Translations under genes and position numbers: made by a program
The notes under the pieces: model-generated
What the model was told of the DNA's origin: nothing
The model's database searches: none
What the model saw: only the letters and a program-made list of their open reading frames with translations
Shown here: piece after piece, positions 56,117 to 64,000 of the stretch
Layout of the letters: each line of letters opens with the position of its first letter
Numbering within the stretch: position 1 is the stretch's first letter
DNA from: an uncultured Alphaproteobacteria bacterium
GTDB taxonomy: Bacteria; Pseudomonadota; Alphaproteobacteria; Kiloniellales; JACOMY01
DNA: 64,000 nucleotides
Assembly: GCA_942492185.1 (NCBI GenBank)
Contig: CALOEA010000062.1
Span: forward strand, 33,459 to 97,458
Direction of reading: 5' to 3'

Positions 56117-56249
56117 GGCCCGCGGGCAAGATTTCCGTTGGTTTCTAGGCTCGTGGCGGCTAGGAAGCGGCCGGTCGGCTCGGCGCCGGCCGGCATGCTA
56201 GACTGCCGCTGGCCGTCGCCGGTGCGGCGATGCGGCGAAAAGGGCCCCA

Positions 56250-58058
56250 ATGGCGAAGAAGTCGAAGAAGATCCGTCTGGATGCCCATACCTGGTCGCTG
56301 GTGAAGCGCCTGGTGCGCGGCTACGTGCGGCCGCACGTCTGGCGCATCGTCGCGGCCCTGGCCTGCATGGCGGTGGTCGCGGCGGCCACGGCATCGATGG
56401 CGCAGGTGATGAAGCCGCTGATCGACGAGGTCTTCGCCGAGCGCAATCCCGACACCATCTACCTGATCGCCGGCGTCGTGCTGGCGATCTTCATCGCCAA
56501 GGGCTTCGCCTCCTTCGGCGAGTCGGTGCTGATGAACTACACCGGCAATAAGGTGGTCGCGACGCTGCAGGGCGATCTCTACCGGCGCCTGATCGGCTCC
56601 GACCTCGCCTTCTTCAACAACACCTCGCCGGGCACGCTGGTCTCCCGCTTTCTCAACGACGTCGGGCTGCTGCGCAACGCCGTCTCGACCACGCTGACCG
56701 GCTTCGGCCGCGACCTGCTGACCGCGATCGCGTTGATCGGCTTGATGTTCTACCAGGACTGGCTGCTGGCCTCGATCGCCTTCTTCGCCTTCCCGACGGC
56801 GATCCTGCCGATGGTTCGCATCGGCCGGCGGATGCGCAAGGTTTCCAACACGACGCAGGAGCAGATGGGGCAGCTCACCACGCTGCTCGACGAGACTTTC
56901 CAGGGCGTGCGCCACGTCAAGGCCTACGGCATGGAGAACTACGAGATCCGCCGCGCCGACCAGGCGATCGACACGATCTTCCGGCTGGCGCAGAAGGCCG
57001 CCATCACGCGGAACCTGCTGGGCCCGATCATGGAAACGCTCGGCGGCCTCGCCATCGTCGCGGTGCTGATCTACGGCACCGGCCAGGTGCTGGACCGCGG
57101 CCAGACCCCGGGCTCCTTCTTCGCCTTCATCACCGCCCTGCTGCTGGCCTATGACCCGATCAAGCGGCTGGCGCGCCTGAACGCCAACCTGCAGGAGGGC
57201 CTGGCGGCGGCCGAGCGCATCTTCCGGATCCTCGACCAGAAGCCGATGATCGTCGACCGGCCGGACGCCCGGCCGCTCGAGATCGTCGCCGGCGAGGTCC
57301 GCCTCTCCGGCGTCTCCTTCTCCTACGACAGCAATGCGCCGGCGCTGAACGACGTGGATCTGCTGGCCCCCGGCGGCCGCACGGTGGCGCTGGTCGGGCC
57401 CTCCGGTGCCGGCAAGACGACGATCCTGAACCTGCTGCCGCGCTTCTACGACGTGACCGCCGGACAGGTCCTGATCGACGGCCAGGACGTCAGGCAGGTG
57501 ACGATGGACAGCCTGCGCGATGCCATAGCCCTGGTCTCCCAGGAGGTCGTGCTCTTCGACGACACGGTGCGGGCCAACATCGCCTACGGCCGCACCAATG
57601 CCAGCGACGCGGAGATCGAGGAGGCGGCGCGCCATGCCGGCGCGCACGACTTCATCGAGGAACTGCCGCAGGGCTACGACACGCAGGTGGGCCCGCGCGG
57701 CGTCAAGCTCTCCGGTGGCCAGCGGCAGCGGGTCGCCATCGCGCGGGCCATGTTGAAGAACGCGCCGATCCTGCTGCTGGACGAGGCGACCAGCGCGCTC
57801 GATACCGAATCGGAAAGGCACGTCCAGCGCGCCCTCAACTTCCTCATGAAGGGCCGCACCACCTTGGTGATCGCCCACCGCCTCTCCACCGTGGTCGATG
57901 CCGACCTGATCTACGTGCTGCGCGACGGCGAGGTCGCCGAGCGCGGCACCCATGCCGAGCTGCTCGCGGCCGGCGGCCTCTACGCCAAGCTCTACGCCCA
58001 GCAGTTCGCGTCGCAGGAGCGGGAGGAAGAAGCCCCGGTCCTGCAGCAACGCGCCTGA
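56250..58058 (+). CDS. msbA: Lipid A export ABC transporter MsbA-like (fused permease/ATPase)
   Basis: 602 aa, 6-TM domain plus NBD. GPSGAGKTT (Walker A), LSGGQRQRVAIARA (signature), [11 protein letters not shown] (Walker B). Lipid A gene context. Confidence 0.8.
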   Translation: MAKKSKKIRLDAHTWSLVKRLVRGYVRPHVWRIVAALACMAVVAAATASMAQVMKPLIDEVFAERNPDTIYLIAGVVLAIFIAKGFASFGESVLMNYTGNKVVATLQGDLYRRLIGSDLAFFNNTSPGTLVSRFLNDVGLLRNAVSTTLTGFGRDLLTAIALIGLMFYQDWLLASIAFFAFPTAILPMVRIGRRMRKVSNTTQEQMGQLTTLLDETFQGVRHVKAYGMENYEIRRADQAIDTIFRLAQKAAITRNLLGPIMETLGGLAIVAVLIYGTGQVLDRGQTPGSFFAFITALLLAYDPIKRLARLNANLQEGLAAAERIFRILDQKPMIVDRPDARPLEIVAGEVRLSGVSFSYDSNAPALNDVDLLAPGGRTVALVGPSGAGKTTILNLLPRFYDVTAGQVLIDGQDVRQVTMDSLRDAIALVSQEVVLFDDTVRANIAYGRTNASDAEIEEAARHAGAHDFIEELPQGYDTQVGPRGVKLSGGQRQRVAIARAMLKNAPILLLDEATSALDTESERHVQRALNFLMKGRTTLVIAHRLSTVVDADLIYVLRDGEVAERGTHAELLAAGGLYAKLYAQQFASQEREEEAPVLQQRA

Positions 58059-58064
58059 GCTCAG

Positions 58065-58931
58065 ATGGCGATGTCGCTCAGCAAGCGCGCCTTGAAGACC
58101 CCGGCCCTGCAGGCGACCCTGGCCTGGCTGGCGGCGCGCTATCTCGGGCTGGTGCGGCGCACCACCCGCTGGCAGCGCGAGATGCCGCCCGAGACCGCCG
58201 CGATCTTCGCCGCCCGCCAGCCTGCCATTGCCTGCTTCTGGCATGGCCGCATGCTGGTGATGCGCGAGGCCTGGCAGGACGAGCCACGGCGCTTCCACAT
58301 GCTGATTTCCGGTCATCGCGACGGTGCCTTCATCGCCCGCGCCATGCGCCTGATCGGCTGCTCCGTCATCACCGGCTCGGGCACCGCGCCCGACAAGGGC
58401 GGCCGCCAGGCGCTGAAGGCGATGGGCGACGTGCTGGACGCCGGACAGGTCGTCGGCATCACGCCGGACGGCCCGCGCGGCCCGCTGATGCGCGCCAAGG
58501 GCGGCGCCATCGCGGTGGCGCAGGCAACCGGGGCGCCGATCGTGCCGGTATCCGGGGCGGTGCGCCGCGGCCGGCTGCTCGGCTCCTGGGACCGCTTCCT
58601 GCTGCCCTGGCCGGTCAATCGCGGGGTCCTGCTGTTCGGCCCGCCGATCGCGGTCGCTGCCGATGCCCGCCTGGAAGACCTGGAGTTGGCCCGGCGCCGG
58701 CTCGAGGCCGAACTGATCCGGCTGACGCAGGAGGCCGATCGCCGCTGCGGCCGCCGGCCCGTGGAACCCGATGTCGACAGCGGCCGCCGGCCGAAGAGCC
58801 GCAAGCGCCTGCGGCGCCGGCTGGTCCCGCCGCCCGCCGCCGAGACGAGCGCGCTTGGGCCGCCGGGCGACGCGGAGGGAAGCACCGACGCCACGACCGC
58901 GGATGCAGCTGCCCTCGGCCCGCCGCGCTGA
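58065..58931 (+). CDS. DUF374 (lysophospholipid acyltransferase-like) protein with an Arg-rich C-terminal extension
   Basis: CFWHGRML..ISGHRDGAFIARAM...GITPDGPRGP...GAIAVAQATGAPIVPV core. The last ~70 aa are low complexity (RRCGRRPVEPD..RKRLRRRL..). Confidence 0.75.
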   Translation: MAMSLSKRALKTPALQATLAWLAARYLGLVRRTTRWQREMPPETAAIFAARQPAIACFWHGRMLVMREAWQDEPRRFHMLISGHRDGAFIARAMRLIGCSVITGSGTAPDKGGRQALKAMGDVLDAGQVVGITPDGPRGPLMRAKGGAIAVAQATGAPIVPVSGAVRRGRLLGSWDRFLLPWPVNRGVLLFGPPIAVAADARLEDLELARRRLEAELIRLTQEADRRCGRRPVEPDVDSGRRPKSRKRLRRRLVPPPAAETSALGPPGDAEGSTDATTADAAALGPPR

Positions 58932-58932
58932 C

Positions 58933-59928
58933 ATGCAGGCGCCGGGATTCTGGCAGCGCGATGACTGGCTGGGACGGGCCCTGTCGGGTTGTCTTGCTCC
59001 CGCCGCCTGGCTCTACGGCACGCTCGCCGCCCGGCGACAGCGCCGCGCTCGGCCGGCGCGCCTGGCGCTGCCGCTGGTCTGCCTCGGCAACCTGGTCTCG
59101 GGCGGCGCCGGCAAGACGCCGGCCGCCCTGGCGGTTGCCCGGCGCCTGATCGAGCGTGGCCACCGGCCGGTGTTCCTGACCCGCGGCTACGGCGGTCGGG
59201 AGGCCGGCCCGCTGCTGGTCGACCCGGCCCGCCACGACGCGGCGGCGGTCGGCGACGAGCCGCTGCTGCTCGCCCGCCTGGCACCGGTCGTGGTGGCCCG
59301 CGACCGCGTGGCCGGCGCCGCCACCGCCCTGGCCGCGGGCGCCGACGTCGTCGTGATGGACGACGGCTACCAGAACCCCTCCCTCGCCAAGGACCTCTCG
59401 ATCCTGGTGTTCGACGGCGCCCAGGGACTGGGCAACGGTCGCGTGTTGCCCGCCGGGCCGCTGCGCGAACGGCCGGCCGAGGGCCTGGCGCGGGCCGATG
59501 CGATCCTGGTGATCGGCGCGCGCGGGCCCAACCTCGCCGATCGCCTTCTGGCGTTGGGCGGCCCGCGCCCGCTGCTGAGCGCGGAACTGGTCGCCAGCGG
59601 CCCGCTGCCCGCAGGTCGCCGCCTGCTTGCCTTCGCCGGCATCGGCCGGCCGCAGAAGTTCTTCGACACGCTGCGCGCCGCCGGCGCCCAACTGGCCGCG
59701 ACCCGCGCCTTTCCCGACCACCATCCCTACCGCCCGGCGGAACTGGCGGCGCTGCGAGCCGAGGCACAGCGCCTCGGGGCGGCGCTGATCACCACCGAAA
59801 AGGACCTGATGCGCCTGCCTCCAGCCGCGCGCAGCGACATCGAGGCCCTTGCGGTGACGCTGGCCTTCGACGATAGGGAGGCCCTGGATCGGCTGCTCGA
59901 TCCCCTCTTCGCCCCTCCCGCCGCCTGA
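58933..59928 (+). CDS. lpxK: Tetraacyldisaccharide 4'-kinase
   Basis: P-loop VCLGNLVSGGAGKTP, SRGYGG-type block (LTRGYGG) and DDGYQN. 331 aa. Confidence 0.9.
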   Translation: MQAPGFWQRDDWLGRALSGCLAPAAWLYGTLAARRQRRARPARLALPLVCLGNLVSGGAGKTPAALAVARRLIERGHRPVFLTRGYGGREAGPLLVDPARHDAAAVGDEPLLLARLAPVVVARDRVAGAATALAAGADVVVMDDGYQNPSLAKDLSILVFDGAQGLGNGRVLPAGPLRERPAEGLARADAILVIGARGPNLADRLLALGGPRPLLSAELVASGPLPAGRRLLAFAGIGRPQKFFDTLRAAGAQLAATRAFPDHHPYRPAELAALRAEAQRLGAALITTEKDLMRLPPAARSDIEALAVTLAFDDREALDRLLDPLFAPPAA

Positions 59929-59939
59929 GTTCTGATCCC

Positions 59940-60854
59940 GTGCCCAAACGCCCCTGGTACCAGCGCTACCTGCGCCATCCGCTCGAAGCCGCCGCGCTCT
60001 TCCTGCTGCTCGGCATTGTCCGCCTGATTCCGGCCGACTGGGCCTCGGCCACCGGCGGCTGGATTGCCCGCACCCTGGGACCGCGCGTGAGGATCTCGGA
60101 GCGCGCGCGGGCCAATCTACGGCTGGCCTTCCCCGGGATTGCCGAGGCCGAGGTCGAGCGCATCCTGCGCGGCATGTGGGACAATCTCGGCCGCACGCTC
60201 TTCGAGTACCCCCATCTCGGCCGCCTGAGCCATCCCGACAGCGGCCGCGTCGAGGTGGTGAACGAAAAGCCCATTGCCGAAGCCTTTGAGGCCGGCCGGC
60301 CGGGTGTCTACTTCGGCGCCCACCTCGGCAATTTCGAGGTGGTCCCGCTCTATGCGGCGCGGCGCGGGCTGGTGCTCAATGCCTTCGCCCGCGCGCCCAA
60401 CAATCCTCTGATCGACAAAGTGGTCCGCGCCATCCGCGGCATCGGCGGCGCGCAGATCCTGGCGAAGGGCGCCAGCGGCGCCCTGGGCGCCATCGACGTG
60501 ATGCGGCGCAAGGGCTATCTCGCGGTACTGATCGACCAGAAGCAGAACCGCGGCGTGCCGATTCCATTCTTCGGCCATGACGCGATGACCGCGATCGCGC
60601 CGGCGAAGCTGGCACTGCGGTTCCAGGCCGTGGTGGTGCTCTGCCGCATAGAGCGCCTGAAGGGCGCGCGTTTCCGCTTCACCTGCTCCGACCCGCTGCC
60701 GCTGCCCGACAGCGGCGACCCGGACGCCGACGCCATTGCCCTGACCCGGCAGGTCACCGCCGAGGTCGAGCGCTGGGTCCGCGAGAAGCCGGAGGACTGG
60801 CTGTGGCTGCACCGCCGCTGGCCGAAGGCGCTCTACGCACAGGCGGCTGGCTGA
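59940..60854 (+). CDS. lpxL: Lipid A biosynthesis lauroyl/myristoyl acyltransferase (LpxL/HtrB family)
   Basis: 304 aa. GTG start. N-terminal TM helix, HLGNFE catalytic block (GAHLGNFEV) and LIDQK block. Confidence 0.8.
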   Translation: MPKRPWYQRYLRHPLEAAALFLLLGIVRLIPADWASATGGWIARTLGPRVRISERARANLRLAFPGIAEAEVERILRGMWDNLGRTLFEYPHLGRLSHPDSGRVEVVNEKPIAEAFEAGRPGVYFGAHLGNFEVVPLYAARRGLVLNAFARAPNNPLIDKVVRAIRGIGGAQILAKGASGALGAIDVMRRKGYLAVLIDQKQNRGVPIPFFGHDAMTAIAPAKLALRFQAVVVLCRIERLKGARFRFTCSDPLPLPDSGDPDADAIALTRQVTAEVERWVREKPEDWLWLHRRWPKALYAQAAG

Positions 60855-61048
60855 CGACAGCGGGATCAGCGCCTCTGCGGCTCACGCCGTGGCCGACGCC
60901 GCACCGGCCGGTTCGAGAGAGAACCGCCTTGCCGCGATCGAACGCGCCGCAGGGCTGCCCCCCCGAGGGACCGAAACGCCGAGGGGCGGGGTGCGGCGGC
61001 GATGCCGGCGCCCCCCGCCCCAGCGGCGGAGTCGTGGAAGGAGGTCGT

Positions 61049-64000
61049 CTAGAAGCTGGTGCCGACGTTGAGGCTCAGGGCGTGGCTGTTGAAGCCGCCG
61101 CCAAAGTCGCCGTCGTAGCGCACGCCGACACTGAGCGAACCGCTGCGCACCTGCAGCCCGGCGCCGACCTCCGCCCAGTCGGTCCCGTACTCGGGGCCGT
61201 AGACATCGAAGGTCGAGGACCCGGAGACGTAGGAGAGGTCGGCATTGGTCGCGTCATCGCCGAAGCGGTGGCGCCACTTGGCGTCGAGCTCCCAGGCCGC
61301 CGACATGGAGCCGTCCTCGGCAAAGACGCCACTCAGCCGGCCGCCGAGCGCGGTGGTGTAGCTGGCATAGTCGTTGCCATCGCTCTGCAGCGCCGGGCCG
61401 GCCCCGGACTCGGTGAAGCCGTCCTGCGACACCCAGGTCGCATCGAAACCGGCCAGCGGTCCGACGGTGAACATCTCCGAAACCGCGATCCCGTAGCTCG
61501 CCTCGAAGGAGGTCGAGAAGACATTGCTGTCGACATCGGCCTGGGTCTCGCCCAGCCCGAAGGGCAGGGTCCGGGTCACGTCGCTGGCGATGAAGGCGTA
61601 GCTGACCGCGCCGGAGAGGCTGAAGCCGCCGGTGCCCACCGTGCCGTAGAGGCCGACGTGGTAGCCGTTGCTGTCGACATCGCTGTCGCGCCCTTCGCCG
61701 ATGTCGCCCGAGCTGCGGCTGTAGCCGAAGCCGATGCCGGCCGATCCGGAGACGCCGTCACCGTGCCATCCGGTCTCCAGGCCGGCGGCGGCGCCGGCGA
61801 CCCAGTGGTCCACGTCGGTGGCGTTGCCGTCCTCGTCGAAGGAATTCACCTGCCCGAAGAAGCCGACCCAGCCGGTGATGCCGCCCGACTCTTCCATGGC
61901 GCCGGACGCGGCGACCTGGCTGAAGGGGCTGGTGTCATCGTCGAGGGCGGCGGCGGCAAGCTGCGTGCCGCCGCTGTCGGCCATCATCATCGCCGGCGTG
62001 CCGTTCGCACCCTGCACCCGGCCGCGGTGGCGGATCGCCTGGGTGAAGAGCGCGCCGGTCTGCGCCGACAGCAGCTGGTTGGTGGCGTAGATCTCACCGG
62101 AGAGCCCATTCAGCAACAGCTTGGCGTCGGTGAGATTGTCGATCAGCGGCAGGAGCGCCTGCAGATCGGCGAGCGCGGGGTCGTCGAGATCGGCGGTCTC
62201 GATGCCGCGGGCCGATCCCATCTCGTTCGGGGTCATCGCCACCGTGCTGGAGAGGTTCAGGTCGGCGCGCAGCTGCACCAGCCCGGCGCCCGGCGTGTAG
62301 AGCGCCGTGAAGTCGTAGAGGAAGAGATTGTCGAAGACGACCGGATCGAACGCGCCGGCCCCGCCCAGCGTGTCGACATCGATGATGGTAAAGATCTCGC
62401 CATTGCTGTAGGGCCCGGCAAAGGCGTTCACCTGGATGACGCCGCCATTCAGCGTGGCCACCCCCGAACCCTCGATCAGGTCGCTGACCGGCGTGCCATC
62501 GAGATCGACCATAAAGGTGGAGCCGGCCTCGAAGTCGAGCCCCTGGGTCACCGTCAGGGTCGCAATGTCGCCGAAGAAGTTGCCCGGCAGGACCGTCGCG
62601 CCCTCGTCGGCAAAGAAGGACCCGATCGTTCCGGCGCCGCCGAGGAGGGCCGGATCCACGCCGGGCGAGAGGTTGAAGTGCGAGTCCACCAGGACGCCGT
62701 TGGCGAGGATGCCGCCGGCGACGACATCCCAGTTGAAGGTCTCGTCGTTGGTCCCGATCAGGGTCCAGATCGAGCCGTCCTCCTTCAGGTAGGTCTCGAA
62801 GCCGAGGAACTGCTCGCCCTCGTCGACGCCGTCGCCATCCAGCGACGCCATGTCGAAGGTGCCGTTCAGGTCGCCGCCGAGCACGAAGAGGTCGGTGCCG
62901 TCGCCGCCCAGCACGTCGCCGACGATGGCGAAGGTGTTGTGCAGCTCCAGGCGGTCGTCGCCGGAGAAGAGATCGACGGCAACGCCGCCGCCCACACCGG
63001 TCGAGACCGTTCCGGCGACCGTCAGGCTGGTCAGCGCCAGGCCGCCGGCGATGCCATTGGGATCCTCGATGATGGCCGCGTTGTTCAGCGAGCTCACCAC
63101 GCCGCCGTCGGCGACGAAGATGTCATGGGTGGTCGGCGGCGGCATGGCGCCGGGCGCGCCCGGCCGCTCGATGATGATGGCTTGCGAGTTGGCGCCCTCG
63201 ACCATCACGCTGCCGGTGCTGCCGATGACGATGGTGTTGTGCAGCGGCGTCGCGGAGTTCGCCTGGCCGATGCGGATGCCGTCGGCGCCGGTGCCACCGG
63301 TTCCCTGGGCGAAGACACTGCCGTTGATGGTGATGTTGGCGCCGCCGCCCTGCGCCTCGATCGCCGCCCCCGGTGCGGCCGCGTTGGCGACGTAGCCGGT
63401 GACCGAGATCGTCGCGCCTTCGTGCATCATCACCGTCAGGTTCTCGCCGCCGATCACCGCCTGGGCCTTGCGGCTGACGAAGATGTCGCCGGAGAGATCG
63501 ACGACGGCGTCGTTGCCCACGGAGATGGCGTCGGCCACGGCGCCGGCGGAGCTGGAGTCGCCCCGGGTGGTGATGGTGGAGCCGGCCTCCGTGACGATCA
63601 GGGCGTTGTTGCCGGCGACGATGCCGCGCCCCGGGTTCGCCAGGCCGGCGATGAGGCCGCCGCTCCGCAGGATGACCTGACTGTCGTCGCCGACCGAGAG
63701 CACGTCGTGGTCGGCGTTGAGGGTACCGGCGACGGAGACGAAGGCGCGGTCGCCGGTGAAGATCGCCGAGTCGTTGGCGCCCATCGCCGTGATCTCGCTG
63801 CCGGTCTGCGTCGTGATGACGGCGTCGTCGCCGATGTTGATGGCGTCCGGTCCATTCACGTCGATCACCGCGCCGGTCAGCACGTCGATGGTGACATTGT
63901 CGTTGCCGCCCGAGATGCCGGTGGTGTCGACCGGCGCCGTGCAGGTCACGGTGGTGCCGGCGGCTGGCGTGTTGTCGTCGCAGTCGGCGCGCGCGGCGCC
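61049..64000 (-). CDS. Autotransporter (type Va) adhesin-like protein, 5' end beyond the window
   Basis: C-terminal beta-barrel domain ending ..HALSLNVGTSF. The passenger is a Gly/Asp/Val-rich repeat series typical of a beta-helix. The frame is open with no stop from 63949 to 64000. Confidence 0.85.
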   Translation of the reverse strand, partial: GAARADCDDNTPAAGTTVTCTAPVDTTGISGGNDNVTIDVLTGAVIDVNGPDAINIGDDAVITTQTGSEITAMGANDSAIFTGDRAFVSVAGTLNADHDVLSVGDDSQVILRSGGLIAGLANPGRGIVAGNNALIVTEAGSTITTRGDSSSAGAVADAISVGNDAVVDLSGDIFVSRKAQAVIGGENLTVMMHEGATISVTGYVANAAAPGAAIEAQGGGANITINGSVFAQGTGGTGADGIRIGQANSATPLHNTIVIGSTGSVMVEGANSQAIIIERPGAPGAMPPPTTHDIFVADGGVVSSLNNAAIIEDPNGIAGGLALTSLTVAGTVSTGVGGGVAVDLFSGDDRLELHNTFAIVGDVLGGDGTDLFVLGGDLNGTFDMASLDGDGVDEGEQFLGFETYLKEDGSIWTLIGTNDETFNWDVVAGGILANGVLVDSHFNLSPGVDPALLGGAGTIGSFFADEGATVLPGNFFGDIATLTVTQGLDFEAGSTFMVDLDGTPVSDLIEGSGVATLNGGVIQVNAFAGPYSNGEIFTIIDVDTLGGAGAFDPVVFDNLFLYDFTALYTPGAGLVQLRADLNLSSTVAMTPNEMGSARGIETADLDDPALADLQALLPLIDNLTDAKLLLNGLSGEIYATNQLLSAQTGALFTQAIRHRGRVQGANGTPAMMMADSGGTQLAAAALDDDTSPFSQVAASGAMEESGGITGWVGFFGQVNSFDEDGNATDVDHWVAGAAAGLETGWHGDGVSGSAGIGFGYSRSSGDIGEGRDSDVDSNGYHVGLYGTVGTGGFSLSGAVSYAFIASDVTRTLPFGLGETQADVDSNVFSTSFEASYGIAVSEMFTVGPLAGFDATWVSQDGFTESGAGPALQSDGNDYASYTTALGGRLSGVFAEDGSMSAAWELDAKWRHRFGDDATNADLSYVSGSSTFDVYGPEYGTDWAEVGAGLQVRSGSLSVGVRYDGDFGGGFNSHALSLNVGTSF

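Noticed and set aside
56160-58934. 924-aa minus-strand ORF opposite msbA and DUF374
   Set aside because: Antisense shadow. The plus-strand genes carry Walker A/B and signature motifs.
60983-61021. GC hairpin GGGGCGGGG-N21-CCCCGCCCC between the convergent lpxL-like and autotransporter genes
   Set aside because: It could be a bidirectional terminator stem. However, the loop is long (21 nt) and neither side has a proper U-tract (only TTT on the minus-strand side), so it was not called.
1-64000. Search for CRISPR arrays, IS/transposase genes, integrases, tRNA/rRNA genes and prophage modules
   Set aside because: I saw no regularly spaced repeats, no transposase or integrase-like ORFs, and no tRNA-like or rRNA-like low-GC structured segments by eye. 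Without tools, small RNAs cannot be excluded.

Overview
High-GC (roughly 68-70 % by eye) chromosomal segment. The gene content looks alphaproteobacterial; this is inferred from the families present (SoxBDAG, three TRAP-T systems, MsbA/DUF374/LpxK/LpxL). I support about 60 protein genes. I recognised no rRNA, tRNA, CRISPR array, IS element or prophage.

Layout:
- 74-6168: housekeeping genes (pepF, an SH3b hydrolase-like protein, an ABC1 kinase, corA, an SDR).
- 6165-11305, minus strand: sarcosine oxidase operon soxBDAG.
- 11509-12843: uracil permease.
- 12840-23631: a long minus-strand block. In transcription order it holds an amidase, a PqqD-like protein, an HprK-like kinase, three GT2 glycosyltransferases, a PF14907-type nucleotidyltransferase, a TonB-dependent receptor and a BacA/YddA-type ABC transporter.
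- 23738-28295: a TPR-methyltransferase and a YafY/WYL regulon.
- 28292-39445: an organic-acid catabolic island with two TRAP systems.
- 39453-42255: a second YafY regulator with VOC, cupin and MAPEG genes.
- 42322-47698: an SBP56-like beta-propeller, a His-rich periplasmic protein and two orphan membrane proteins.
- 47752-50760: a third TRAP system.
- 51010-60854: pmbA and a lipid A late-stage cluster.
- 61049-64000: a 5'-truncated autotransporter.

The most interesting candidate is the orphan operon at 17039-22129 (RRE/PqqD-like, HprK-like kinase, three GT2, nucleotidyltransferase). It has no lasso cyclase, no protease and no visible precursor.

Data-quality caveat: single-nucleotide indels occur in discrete patches (about 773, 8580-9850, 19550-19835, 37849-38250) inside genes whose translated segments are otherwise well conserved. 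This fits local sequence error better than old pseudogenes, but I cannot decide from the sequence alone. Many long ORFs in the track are antisense shadows typical of high-GC DNA and were not called.
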